Below, in pieces: positions 1 through 11,598 of a stretch of DNA of 64,000 nt. The notes beneath the pieces are model-generated. The model saw only the letters and a program-made list of their open reading frames with translations. It did not search any database and was not told the DNA's origin. Every line of letters starts with the position of its first letter. Position 1 is the stretch's first letter. A program made the translations under genes and the position numbers. Location: contig NC_134472.1 of NCBI RefSeq assembly GCF_964194025.1, positions 53,568,001 to 53,632,000 on the forward strand, read 5' to 3'. The DNA is from Convolutriloba macropyga (lineage: Eukaryota).

Positions 1-14
1 GCTGCTCCTTTATG

Positions 15-2624
15 TTAACTCTGGAATGTGTCAGGGACAATAAGTCGTTTTAATAGTTCAACGATACGATAAAAAAACATACTTTTCAGTCCCGACCTGT
101 CTCTTCGTTTCATTCTTGACAAATGAAGCAGGACGTCTGGAGCAATCGTTTTTTCGAGTGCTAGTCCCAGATTGGTCGCCAAAATTTTTTTCTGACATAT
201 GGTCTCAATATTGTGACGAAAGCGTTTGAAAATAACATTTTTATTTAACACGCAAACGTTTCCCTTAACCAGATTAAAATCCCCATATATTAGAAGTTTT
301 TTAAATGTTAAATCGTCAAGAATCAAAATCAATCTCTTGAAAACTGGTTTAACAGCTGTAAGAGTCTGAAAAAATTTTGATTTTGTGAAAGACTCATTAA
401 GTTCAATACGATGGGAAATTTTAGAGTTCATATGGAATAATTCTGGCAAGTTGCCCCTAGCTCAAATACTGAAAACTAGGCCTAGGTTTTTGTCACAGCG
501 GGGATCCAAGTCAATCAGAAGATGACCATAGGGCACCTCTGTAGCTGATCGGTGAGCAGACAACAAAAGACCTGAATCTCCCAGCTGTCATCCCAAGCAG
601 TCAATTTGGTTGATGTCATGAGGGCTTTTTAGCAGCAGCAAGTGGGTTAGGTTCAAGTTGATTGTCTTTGAGTTTGGTTTTTTTTATTATGTTCTAGGAG
701 AATAACGTGATGATTTTTATGGCAACCGGACGCAAACAGGTTCAAAAATTCTAATAAATTGGAGAGTTCGTCGAACACGTTACCAAACACCAGAAGGTGG
801 CGTTTGGGATTCGACATCACCGCCATCTTCTTTCAATCCACGCCATTGGCAAAGTTGATCTCATTGTGCCTTGATTATGAGGCAATATCATCGTAAACCG
901 GCGGCCAATGCTGAAAGATGTAAGTTATACAATCAGAATTCGGTCGAAACAATCGACGGTGATTCACCAGTAAATCTGCAACAATTTGTGTTTTTCCGCA
1001 ACCACTCGGATCTACCACGGCCATCAGGAAGCGTGGATCGGTGTTTAGGATTTTGTTCATCTTTTTATGTTACGAAACCTTATCGTTTGAAGGGCGATAG
1101 TGCGGCGCTGTGGGGTTGCTTTGGTGTAGGAACAAGACAACCAAGAAGAAAACAAAGTATTGATCAGAATGGGGGGTTACTGTACTGATTATACGTTATT
1201 GAAATAAAACAACAAATGAAGCAATGAGTAAGAGGAAAGAGTGTAGAACATATATGATTAGAGAACGCTCTATATGAGCGCAACAAATCTTCCAAGGTGG
1301 TTGCTCTTGATTCTGGTTATCTGAAACCATCTGATTCCTGAGATCTATTGCGCTGTCTGGGTAGTCTGTCATTATCAGCCAAATGTTACACGCTGAGGTG
1401 GTTTGATGGACCAATTTTGGGACTAGCTCTTGATATAGAAAGAAAATGCTACAAAAAATTTTAGGGCCTAACGAAGCAACTTGAGCTCTGAGAGTGTTAA
1501 ATCAATTTCTGTTTTGATAATAGGTCTTACCACCAATTTTTTTGTAACACTGCTTCTGGAGAATGACTTCAGTTTTTGTATTAACTTTTATATTCAGGAG
1601 CTTCTATATTCACTTCGCTTAGGCTGCACTCTGGATCAGTTGTTAAATACAATGGGAGAAAGGCATTCTTATTATCTGAGTTGTTTTTGAACAGAGAACG
1701 GCGAAGGGAAAATTTCTGTTTTAAGTTTAGAAATTATGAGTAGGCATTGAAGTCTTATCAGTAGTCTGTTTGCTGTGACAAACACGTGTCCGAGTTTTCT
1801 TTTTTTTCGTCTGATGCTTCGTTGTTGATAAAGTCTTCCCAACATTCCCAGCAACTACATTGCGCCTCTGTGAGTCTACATTCGTACTTTAAAACGGTTG
1901 AATGTTCTGAAATGCTCACACTCCCCTAACCAGCGGCCAAAGCATCAATAAAAATTTCAAGCGACGATTTAAATGGTGATTCGCTGCTCTGAAGACTACC
2001 CAATTTTTGCAAGAAGGCGGCGCTGATCCTCGTTAAGCGTAGTAAGTTACAGGGGCCGTACGGAACATGTTTTTTTTTCATTTTCTAGACAATATCCATG
2101 TTTTCGTTCGTTTTCGTGTCCAGTTTAGGCTCAACTGCTCTTAGAAAATGTTCAGATTGTCCTCCGCAACGAACAACGTCGACGGCACCAATCCCAAGAA
2201 ACGGATTTAGAAAAGTTTGAATGGGCGACTGGGGAACAAACATGCGTGTCCGTATTTCAGGCAAGACCTTTCCTTCGTGACGAACGAAAGCCTTGATTGT
2301 TTTCTCCATTTGCTTTGGTTTGTCGCTGCATACCGTTGTGTTGTTGATCTGAAGTTTAATCTTCACACCAGCGGAAGCAGCTACCAGCGCTCTCTGAGCC
2401 AGCCTCATGAGACACAACCGCAAAGTCGAAATCGGTGTGAGCATCAAACCACTGAGGGAGGCCACGAGTTTGATTCTGGATGGAGTGTGAAGCTTCAGTT
2501 GCTTCATGTTTTCTCTTCTTTTGAGAAACGGCTGTTTTCCAACGAGAGTTTTACAGGAACAAGTAATTTTTGCTAAATATATAATGAAGCAGTAATTTGT
2601 CGAAGAAAATTCTGAATTACTCAT
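15..2624 (-). mobile_element. Decayed Polinton/Maverick- or adintovirus-like element remnant (several short co-oriented degenerate ORFs)
   Basis: Minus-strand run of small ORFs around a broken packaging-type ATPase. It includes a small TM ORF (WKICCAHIERSLIIYVL..., 1196-1414) and ORF 15-449 (FNLVKGNV motif), both recalling Polinton-like accessory genes. No integrase, DNA polymerase or TIR seen; the element likely continues left of the window. Confidence 0.5.
450..1060 (-). pseudogene. A32/FtsK-like packaging ATPase pseudogene (Polinton-like)
   Basis: ORF 875-1060 has Walker A DPSGCGKT after a hydrophobic strand. Downstream minus frames read ...SKTINLNLTHLLLLKSPHDINQIDCLG*QLG...ATEVPYGHLLIDLDP, typical of this ATPase's C-terminal half, with stops and frameshifts. 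Confidence 0.7.
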
Positions 2625-3065
2625 CTATACAACTGATTTAGAAGACAACCTTGATGCAAATGAAACGGAGAGAGAAAAATTTTTTGAAAGATATCCATAT
2701 AAAACATCCCAACTTTTGTTTACGAATGGAATTATCTATTAAAGAAAAGAAGACATCTCGGTTTTTCAGGATTCGAACAACATTGAGGAGTAGGATATAT
2801 GTGCAGCATTTAACTGTGTTTAGCAATTCCTGAAAGACCAAGGTGCCTTGGTTTTGAACAAAACTTCAAAAAATTTTATATTTGGATTGATAATAAGAGA
2901 AACGGTAATTTCTTACTCGAAGTGCTTTGTTCGGGAACTAATATGGACTCAAGGAGAACAACTGACAATGGGAAATGGGTTTAAAAAGGCTATAAAAAGG
3001 CTCTTTAAAAATGGGTTTAAAAAGGTTTAAAAAATGGTTTTAAAAAGGGAACAAATTCGAGAAAA

Positions 3066-3152
3066 TCGGTTTTGGCGCAGTGGTTAAGCCCAATTTCAAA
3101 AAACTTCGAGATGCTGCGGGCGCGGGTTCGAACCCCGCACGGAGTGGGTTTT
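3066..3152 (+). ncRNA. tRNA-like Pol III cassette (tRNA pseudogene, SINE head or viral small RNA)
   Basis: A box TGGCGCAGTGG 3073-3083. Perfect T-arm GCGGG-TTCGAAC-CCCGC 3122-3138 containing the B box. T4 run at 3149-3152. Acceptor and anticodon stems do not pair, so not a canonical tRNA. Confidence 0.55.
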
Positions 3153-4633
3153 GTAGAAGTATGTCTGAAAGAGTGCGACAGACCCCCCTTTTCTCACTAC
3201 TCGCGTGGGAATCTCTACCTCACAAACTGCGTTAATTTTTGTCCTCATAGTCGTAAAGGAATCGGACGTTGAAGAATCAATTAAAGATTTTTTACAAGAA
3301 AACTGGTTTCTATTTTTCGAAAGCTTTTTTCTAATAAGAAAACCCTGGGTCTCAATACTTTCTTCTGTTAGGTTCTTTGTCTTGTGTTGAACTATTTCTA
3401 TACAAAACAACACCAGTTTTAATTGGGATTAAATGTAGTAACCGTTAATTTAGTGCATTCAACAGAAAAACTCTCGCAAAAAAGAAATTCATCACACCCG
3501 ATCTAAAGTTTTTCACAGTCTCCTTTTAAATTCTCTGTTAACCTGACTGTGGCCTCAACGGTGTTTTGCAGTTTGGGCGAAAACTTTAAGGCCTTTAGTT
3601 TGCTACAGAGGCCACTTTGTTTGCATCTGCTCCATCGCACTTTCTATCTGGCTGTTGGTTTCTACTGCCCAAGGATAATTTGTTGCCCTTGAAGCAACCG
3701 CTCAAGGTCTGCCTGCAGTTGATGCAGATCTGCGGCAAGTATTTCCAGTATACTTTAAAGTTTTCACAAAACAGATACCTTATTCGTTGTCTTGGTCTAT
3801 TCCCACATTGTCACTTCGTCTGAAGTATTCAGGTTGGCTATTTGCATCATGGAGGCCAGCCGTGGTACTCCAACTGTCAGAGTCGTCTTGGCTGTCTTCC
3901 ATAGTTAAATCGATTGCTCTACAGATGATGACGGAAAGCCCAATGTAAGGCACCTCTAATATTTGTTGCTTCTGTCACCTTCCAGAATTAACCAAATGGC
4001 CAGAGAGTCTGTCTTGACAGTTCTGATGTCTGAGTTTGCTCTCCAGCCCCTTTAACCGCCCTGTACGCCCAACTTGTAAGACTCTTTTTCTTCCACTGAA
4101 ACATTAGCGGAGTTGTTTTTGCTACTTTCATCACCTCGTAAAGCTTAGTGAGGTTGTTGACGTTGACTTTCAGAATTGAATTACGATCATTATAGATTCC
4201 AACGTTAACTCCTAATTTTTAATGCCTTTTCAAGTTGAGTAAAACGCCAGATTTCTATTGCGTTAGCAATTAACAATTAGATTGATGGTTGACTCTACGA
4301 ATTGGAAATATACCAGGTTCTGAATTTACCCCTCATTAATTACTTGATCAACACATATTGTTGGAATGGCAGTGAAGATGAGGCAAGGACTTTTTCGGGG
4401 GTCACTCTCAAACTAATCCAGAAGAGTATGAGCCAACCTGAACGGAACGCTAAGCCAGTGCCTTTCAGAAACTTATGTTGACTGTAGACATCTTGGGAGC
4501 TTAGCTGGTTCAACCATCAATACTAAAGGGGTGAATCTGGCTCACAATGTTTCCAGAGTAGTCAGTCGTACCGTCAGCAATGCTATATTCTCCGTCGTCT
4601 CCAAGTAGGACCGCGGCTGCTTAATACTCTGAG

Positions 4634-4731
4634 AAACGAAGCGTCCTGGTGCCAACCGCGTCCTGGTGCCAAACGAAGCGTCCTGGTGCCAACCGCGTCC
4701 TGGTGCCAAACGAAGCGTCCTGGTGCCAACC
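4634..4731. repeat. Tandem repeat, 37-bp dimeric unit x2.6 (core GCGTCCTGGTGCCAA x5)
   Basis: Unit aaacgaagcgtcctggtgccaaccgcgtcctggtgcc starts at 4634, 4671 and 4708. Confidence 0.95.
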
Positions 4732-6449
4732 AATTGGTCTCCAATATAATTGTCTCAGAAAGAGTCGGATAGGTACTGCTAATATATGAATGATTCTTCT
4801 TCTTGAGTTCGAGTCTTAGCCAAAGTAAAATCATCATATAGGAAAAGTTGGATTGTTTAAGGAAGGCTTTTCCTAAATTTTTATCAGTAGAGCACATATT
4901 TGGAATCTAAAAGTTTTTTAGTGGGTGAAATTTTATAGCCAGACTTTTAAATTTATCTTTATCAGACTCAATTTTTAGTTATTCAACTTTTCTCATATTG
5001 GTAATCTTTGTACAGTTTTAAACTTAAAATTTGCTTTTGGATGGGAATACCTCATGGTCAGTATTAATTTTCTTTCCGCAAAAACGTCCAAGTTAGATTT
5101 TCTGTTCCAAAAAAATGTGATAACGAATGTAAATTTAACGGAGAGTCTAATCACAAAATGTCAACTGCATTGCGTGTCCCAATGTTTGTACCGTAATTTA
5201 AATCATGTTGCTGAATTATTTGTCAATATGTTTCCTCCACAATAAATGGGCGTTCAGAGACAAAGTTTAATTAAATTTTTTTAATCATCTTTTCGAATTC
5301 ATTATACACCTCAGTCATATCCGAGTCCAGTTTTTAACCCCAGAAAAAACATGCAAGAAAAGCACTGATAGCTGCTAAATTTATATTTCAGCGGATAAAT
5401 CTTGCATAAATATGCGCTTATTGTAATGAATATTCATAGAAGTCACATTTCTTACTTGAATTCGTCACTTGTCTACAAATTAAGCTGATAGTTGTGCAAG
5501 AATGGACATTAAGCTCATTTTTTATAATTTCCACGCATTAGTGGAAACCTCGATCATTGGTTTAATCTTTTGATTAATTATCATAGTCAAGAAAATAATC
5601 AAAACGTTGTGTATCACTGTCAAAAACTTTTCAGTACTAAAACGAGCCAATAAATGACTATTCAACGCTTCAACAGTAATTTTAGATGTGAAAAGTCATT
5701 TACTCGCTTTAGTACTGAATCGTTTTTGGTGGTGATTTACAACTTTTTGATGCCTTTTCCTTGACTGAACACGTTTTAAATTTGCGTACCTCTAATCTGA
5801 AGCATAACTAATCAATTGGTTAATCCCGTACCTGGGTCGAGGTTTCTGCTGAATGCGCTCGATTCGCTTTCAATTGCTTTTCGTTGCCAAATTAGGTGCT
5901 TGATGAGATTACTAGTTCGCTGCGGGTGAAAATTTTGTTAACAAATTTTTCAGTGTTCTCTCCAGTGTGTTCTCCCTAGTGTTCTCCCCAATTTCCAACT
6001 TTATTTTTAGCAATTAAGCATTTGACTTCCTGACAGTAATGAGCCATTTACTTACAGATAAATTTGGGTGAATAGGATAATTTGCAGATTTTTATTTACG
6101 CCTCATTAATTTCACCCTGATCTAAATCTCCATTAATTTGCTTGCTTAAAATGTAGGATTGGCGACGTAATGGGGGTGGAAATCTGTAGGGACCTAATTA
6201 TTGAGGGGTTAAGTGATATAGGGTATCGGGTCAAAAAAATTTTGTTAATCGAATAGAGGTGGAAAAGGAGGACAACAAGTAGACATTGAACACAAAATTT
6301 ACCTCGGACAGACGACGCCGTTCTAGTGGGTTGGGCGTTTTAAAAAAAATGAGATAAAACGCAAGTTAAAGCCAAATAACTCCCGCTTTCTCATTGAGAA
6401 ATTTTAACTTCATTATGTTGCAAGCATGTTTCAGCATTTTCAACAAACT

Positions 6450-7200
6450 TTTAAAACCAAAGAACGCAAAGTACATGGTCGCAAACCACTCTCCCCGTTG
6501 GGAGGAGGGGATTTTGATGCCTTGGAGAGGTGATGTGGAGCGCAACTTGTCCACACATCATGGATAATGATGTTAAGACAACTAATTCAATTAGCCATTT
6601 CTTGTTACTTTGATTTCACCAATCAAATTGTTTATCCAATGAAACTCAAGTGTTCGGCTGAAACTCTCGTTCTTTCCTCTTCTGCAACTCAGCTCAAGGC
6701 GAGAGTTCCTTGCTCAACTGCCAGGATCATAGCTTCTTGGCTCATAAACAATAAACCAGCCTGTTATCATAGATTTTAAGTCAGCAATATCTTTTATATG
6801 ATGTGGTATTTTTTTACTACATCTGATCCTTCTTATTCATCTATTGAGACGCAAATCGACAAACACTTTCTGATATTGTTTAAACTTTCCTTCCTAACTC
6901 TCCAGTTGCATTACTCAAGTGTATTTAAATACATGTCCATATGTAGAAACCTCGTTTGGGGAAGGGGTTGCTTGGATCTCATCGGTTTGTCTTAAACAGC
7001 AGTCTGATGTGATATTCCTTGCTGATGCGAACCAACTCCACATCTAATGCATTAAATTACGAAATATCTTTAAAAAATTGGAAGCTTAATATTTTGCGCT
7101 CCAGCAACACCTTTGCGTACGGGCAATAAATCAATCTCATTGTCATTGATGATTGTTTAAAGTTTTCAGCCACATCGGTTATAGGAAGATCCATTTCTGC
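6450..7200 (-). mobile_element. Highly decayed RLE-type non-LTR retrotransposon 3' remnant (R4/Dong-like)
   Basis: Minus-strand fragments LLPVRKGVAGAQN, SQEAMILAVEQGTLA and CRR...SAEHL resemble the post-RT and CCHC motifs of R4-like elements, in the expected order. Many stops. Confidence 0.35.
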
Positions 7201-10200
7201 ATAAAAAAAATTGTGTTCTTTTCTAGTAGAACTTAGGAGTCCCCCACCAGCTTAGTGGGCGCATATTATTTGCACCCCCAGACCCGCGCTCCATATTTTT
7301 ACATTATGATCTACCATGTAATGGTACGTGATCAACGGGGGACTTCTGGGCATTTCATAGCGTATTGGGGAGCACAAACGGAAGAGATCCTAAAATTCAT
7401 CAGTTTTACCGCATTAACTATTTTAGAGAGCAAACTGTAAGAAGAATCAAAAACTAAACTCAAGTGGAAAGCAGCAAGCAGTTCTTTTTAAAAACGACTT
7501 TTCTGTTAGAGATCTACGCATTTAATGCATTCCGCCGGTATCGCGGTTCAAGGCCATGCCTTAGCGGCTCACGGGACTTTAAATTAAACTATCACAATCG
7601 AACAAATTATGGCCACTAAAACTCCCAATCAATATTTGCATTTATTTATATGGGGTTTTATTTCATTAAAAATCAGACTAGGAGTTGTTTTACCTGGGAG
7701 CTATTTTAACCAAAACCAAACCCCGCCTACTAGTGTCAGCCGAAAAACTGGCCGAAGTCTTACACACCTTGCTAAAACATAAAAGATCTGGTAGCCGTTG
7801 ACAATACTTGAAAAGCGATACACAAGAAGTTGATGAACCGGATTTTTGAAACCTCTTGTCGTGATGTTGATGAGTGCTTAACAAGATATGAGATTTCAGT
7901 AACATGAAATGGTCTTGATATGGTTTGCTATGTAATAATATATGTTTCGCAGTAAAAGTATCAATTTTCATAGCTTTGTGGTATCACACTTGATGCTTCT
8001 GGTACCCCTAGACGAACTCTAGCGGTTACCTTTTAAGAACTTGCAAGACTCGTGCAAAATTTCTTGTCAGATCCTGTAACACGCAAGAGCCGGGCGCTTA
8101 TCTTGCAAGAAGCATGCAAGATCTGCAAGATAACTGTCTTCAAATTTTGAAGAAAGAAAATGCAGTTTCCAACTTGAAGCCTTTCAGAGAAATTGATCAT
8201 ACATTTTTCATAGCGATAACAAAGATTTTCACAGATTAAAATTGTAAAAGTGAAAATCGTAATTGGTCACTTTTATTAGCCTTCTAATACTTTTATGAAA
8301 TTTTATATAGCAGAACGACGCTCCTACTGAGACTGATAACACATAGTTAAGTTCATAAAAGGGGCCATTTTTTTCAGTCGAGACTGAACAGAAAGTTTCA
8401 TATGTACTTTGCCGGTGACAATGGTCTTTTAATCACTTACCCTATGCATTTACCCTATGTAAAAGGTTTTTGTGCTACAGAAAAACACATAATAAATCTT
8501 CATTTTTGTCTCTTCAGTGTCTCTTTGTCTCGTTCAGGCGTAATTTTTCTCAATAAATAAAATTTGTTTTGTTTAATTACTGTTGTGTCGCTGGTAACCA
8601 AATTCATTTCAATTCAATTCAATTTATTGAATCTCCTCTTAAATGTTTTTTTGGTACAGAAGCACATTCTGTTCATTAAGATCTTTTTTATTCAGCTCAA
8701 ATGAACCCCACTTCTTTGCTAAAACTGTGGCACAATTTTGGGACATTAAAAACTTCACTACAAGATCTTAGACATACATTCATGGTGATATTTTTCAGAA
8801 GATCGTCAAAAATGATATGCAAAATTTAAATTGTCAATCTACAGTTTGGCATCAACTACAACTTTTTCCTGTTACAGTTGTTTCCCCTCATAGCAAATAG
8901 ACTAACTGAAATCAAATACGAGAGCCTGAGCAACTATTGAAAAAAAACTGCCAATTAATTAAAAAGCTGCCATTTGCAGAAGCAATCTAATTAGTACAGT
9001 TTGCGAGAAACAATTTTCCAAAATTTGGATAATGGATCATTTCGAAAATCCCCTGCTCTATTGCAAAAGGGGAGGCGAATCTTAAATAGATTTTAAGCGA
9101 GCAATTTATTGACCAATCAGACCTCATGTGAACCGTAATATTGTGTTAAAATCTTGATTATTATGTAAAATTGTATGATTATTATGTAAAATCTTGATTG
9201 AGTATAACTTAGAGGGGGGGGGGAACTCTCTACTATATACTACAGGCAAGGCGATTGTTGAGATCCGAAATAACTACTAGAGTAGCAAGTTCGTTCAAAA
9301 CCGGAAAACTATTATAGGAAACAACTATTCGTACCATATTAATCAGGTTATCTTGTTACTCAAATATTTTCTCAATTGGCCATAATATAAACTCCACTTG
9401 CATTCTCAGGAATTTTCGCACCGTGACCTTCAAAAGGACTGGTATCTCTGTAATCGTGCGTCAGGTATGTCACCCGCTTTGAGCGTCGTACCGGGCTCGG
9501 TGGCAGTGCAATTTCTTCCAGAGTCATTTTAGTTGCGTATGGGATTTTGTTCAGAGTTGTGTCACGTAAAATTACAAGTTTCCCTCGTGTCTGAGGGGGT
9601 GCTGTTGGCTTTCGGGTCATGGGTCTTGTAGCTGCGGTTGCGGGTGGTTTTGTTCGGGGAGTTATGGTTGAAAAAGTGTTCTCGCGGGCAAAAAACTGGG
9701 GTGGGGCACTTGCGATGCCATGGCGGATTCCGTGACATCTGGAATCGAGAGATCTATAATCGCCTGAATTGTTTCCAAACATGTTGGAGGAAAGCTTCTG
9801 AAGATACAGGCGTCGCGATCCCCAAATTCCTGAAAATTAACTGATACGCGTTTTGTATATGCAGCGGAATTTTTATAATTTGTGACCATAAGTTAATCAG
9901 CCTAGATACAGAGGCAATCAAATAAATTACAATAAACGGAAATTTGTTGATCAATGATTCTGACCTGCTATATTAAATTGATATCGATTATTTTGGTTAC
10001 TCTAAATCGAAAAAAGACTTTTGTCTCATTCATTCTCTTGCTTCAAAACTCAGCGGCCAATTTCAAATTGACGATAACTGTAATTAGGAACAGTAAAAAA
10101 AGCAACTGGGTGTAAATGTATTTAACCAGTTGCAACTGGCTATATTTTATAAAAGTTTGATAATATTTAAATTTACATTTCCAGAAAAAAATTAGATGGC

Positions 10201-11598
10201 AAAAAATAATTAATCTAAATTAGTACGAATATGAAGAGGCCAATAACATTGTTTTGAAAAAAAAAACATTTCAAAAAACTTCAAAAACCAACAATAGTTA
10301 CAAGTATCAGATTGCTAGCTGAAACCAAGTTAATCACTAAATGGGAAATTAAAAAAACAGCTTCTGTTCGAGAACACACTTTTGGTTGTTGAACAACGCG
10401 GGCTGTACGAGAACCATAATTCCCGTTACCGTTAAACGGAAATTCATTTTCTGTAATTATGTAGCACACATGCGTACAGTACAACGAAATTTACATGAAC
10501 TTTGGTCACGCGATATTCTGGGCATTGATTGCTCCAAAATCTGATTAGAGTCCAATTTGTTCTCGTGAATGTCCGACAAGATAAAAAAGCTCAGAATTTT
10601 GCCTGATAAAAATCACATATAAATCTACAATCTCCCTAGTTGAGAAGACAGAACAAAAACGCAAGAAAAGTTCGGTATATTTGATTTTCCACGTAAGAAA
10701 TGGTCGGTATGATCGGTTTGCTCGATATGTTCGGTTTTGAACGTAAGAAATCGTCGGTATATTCGGTCTGGAACGTAAGAAATATTCGGTATGTTCGTTT
10801 TAGCCAGATTTGGCATGTTCGCATAATAGACGTAAAAAGCTTCGGTAGTTTCGGTAGCTAAGTTCGGTAGTTTCGGTTGCATACGTGAGAAATTGTCAGT
10901 ATGTTCTGCTGTCAACGTTGAAAACCTGATGTATGTTGTTAGGGAATTTTAGTATAGAAGAAAAAGTCTTGATGTGAATATGTCCCAATATTTAAAAACA
11001 CTTATTTCAAAGCCTAGTGATTTGTAGTTTTTGTTGAAGAATTGTTTATTTTTATAAACCACAGTGGCCGGTCCTCATCCCGGATAAGAAAAGAGGAGGG
11101 AAACAAAGCCACCAGAAAGTACTAAAATTTCTGAAATTTCAGAAATCTCAGAGAAATTTTGAGATAAATTTTCAAAAGTATTTTGGCCATATTATGTTTT
11201 ATTCAGTTTGTTTTGTTTTGTTTTGTTTTAATTTGTTTTGGAGAGAGTTTTAGAGCGCGGTTTATGCCTTTTTGCTGGGATTTTTTTTCTCCACTAGTTA
11301 ATTGTCCGTACCTCCACCGTAGCCGATTCCTAGTCCTGATGATAAAGAAGGAGGGAAACAAAACCAGAAAAAAAAGAAAACCTTTTAAGTTGGTTTCTTA
11401 AATCAACCTCAGATAGTCTTCCGACCATTTTCTGTAAAATTATCATCATCATCCAAGAAAACGACGATGCCGAATAATTCTTGCGTTTGAAAACGTTGAT
11501 TCCGAATCAATTTCGCGCTAACAAACGACGATACCAACCATTTCTTCTGTTTAAAAACGATACGAATACCTCTTACGTTTAAAAATGGCGATAATATA

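Noticed and set aside
3066-3146. Functional tRNA gene
   Set aside because: Acceptor and anticodon stems do not pair.
4634-4731. CRISPR-like appearance of short repeats (also 19263-19318 and 17028-17888)
   Set aside because: No unique spacers and no cas genes; eukaryotic context.
9372-9782. 136-aa ORF ending ...PVRRSKRVTYL, like an LTR-retrotransposon pol tail (similar weak hints at 16616-16993 and 23100-23400)
   Set aside because: No catalytic motifs or definable LTRs; too weak to call.
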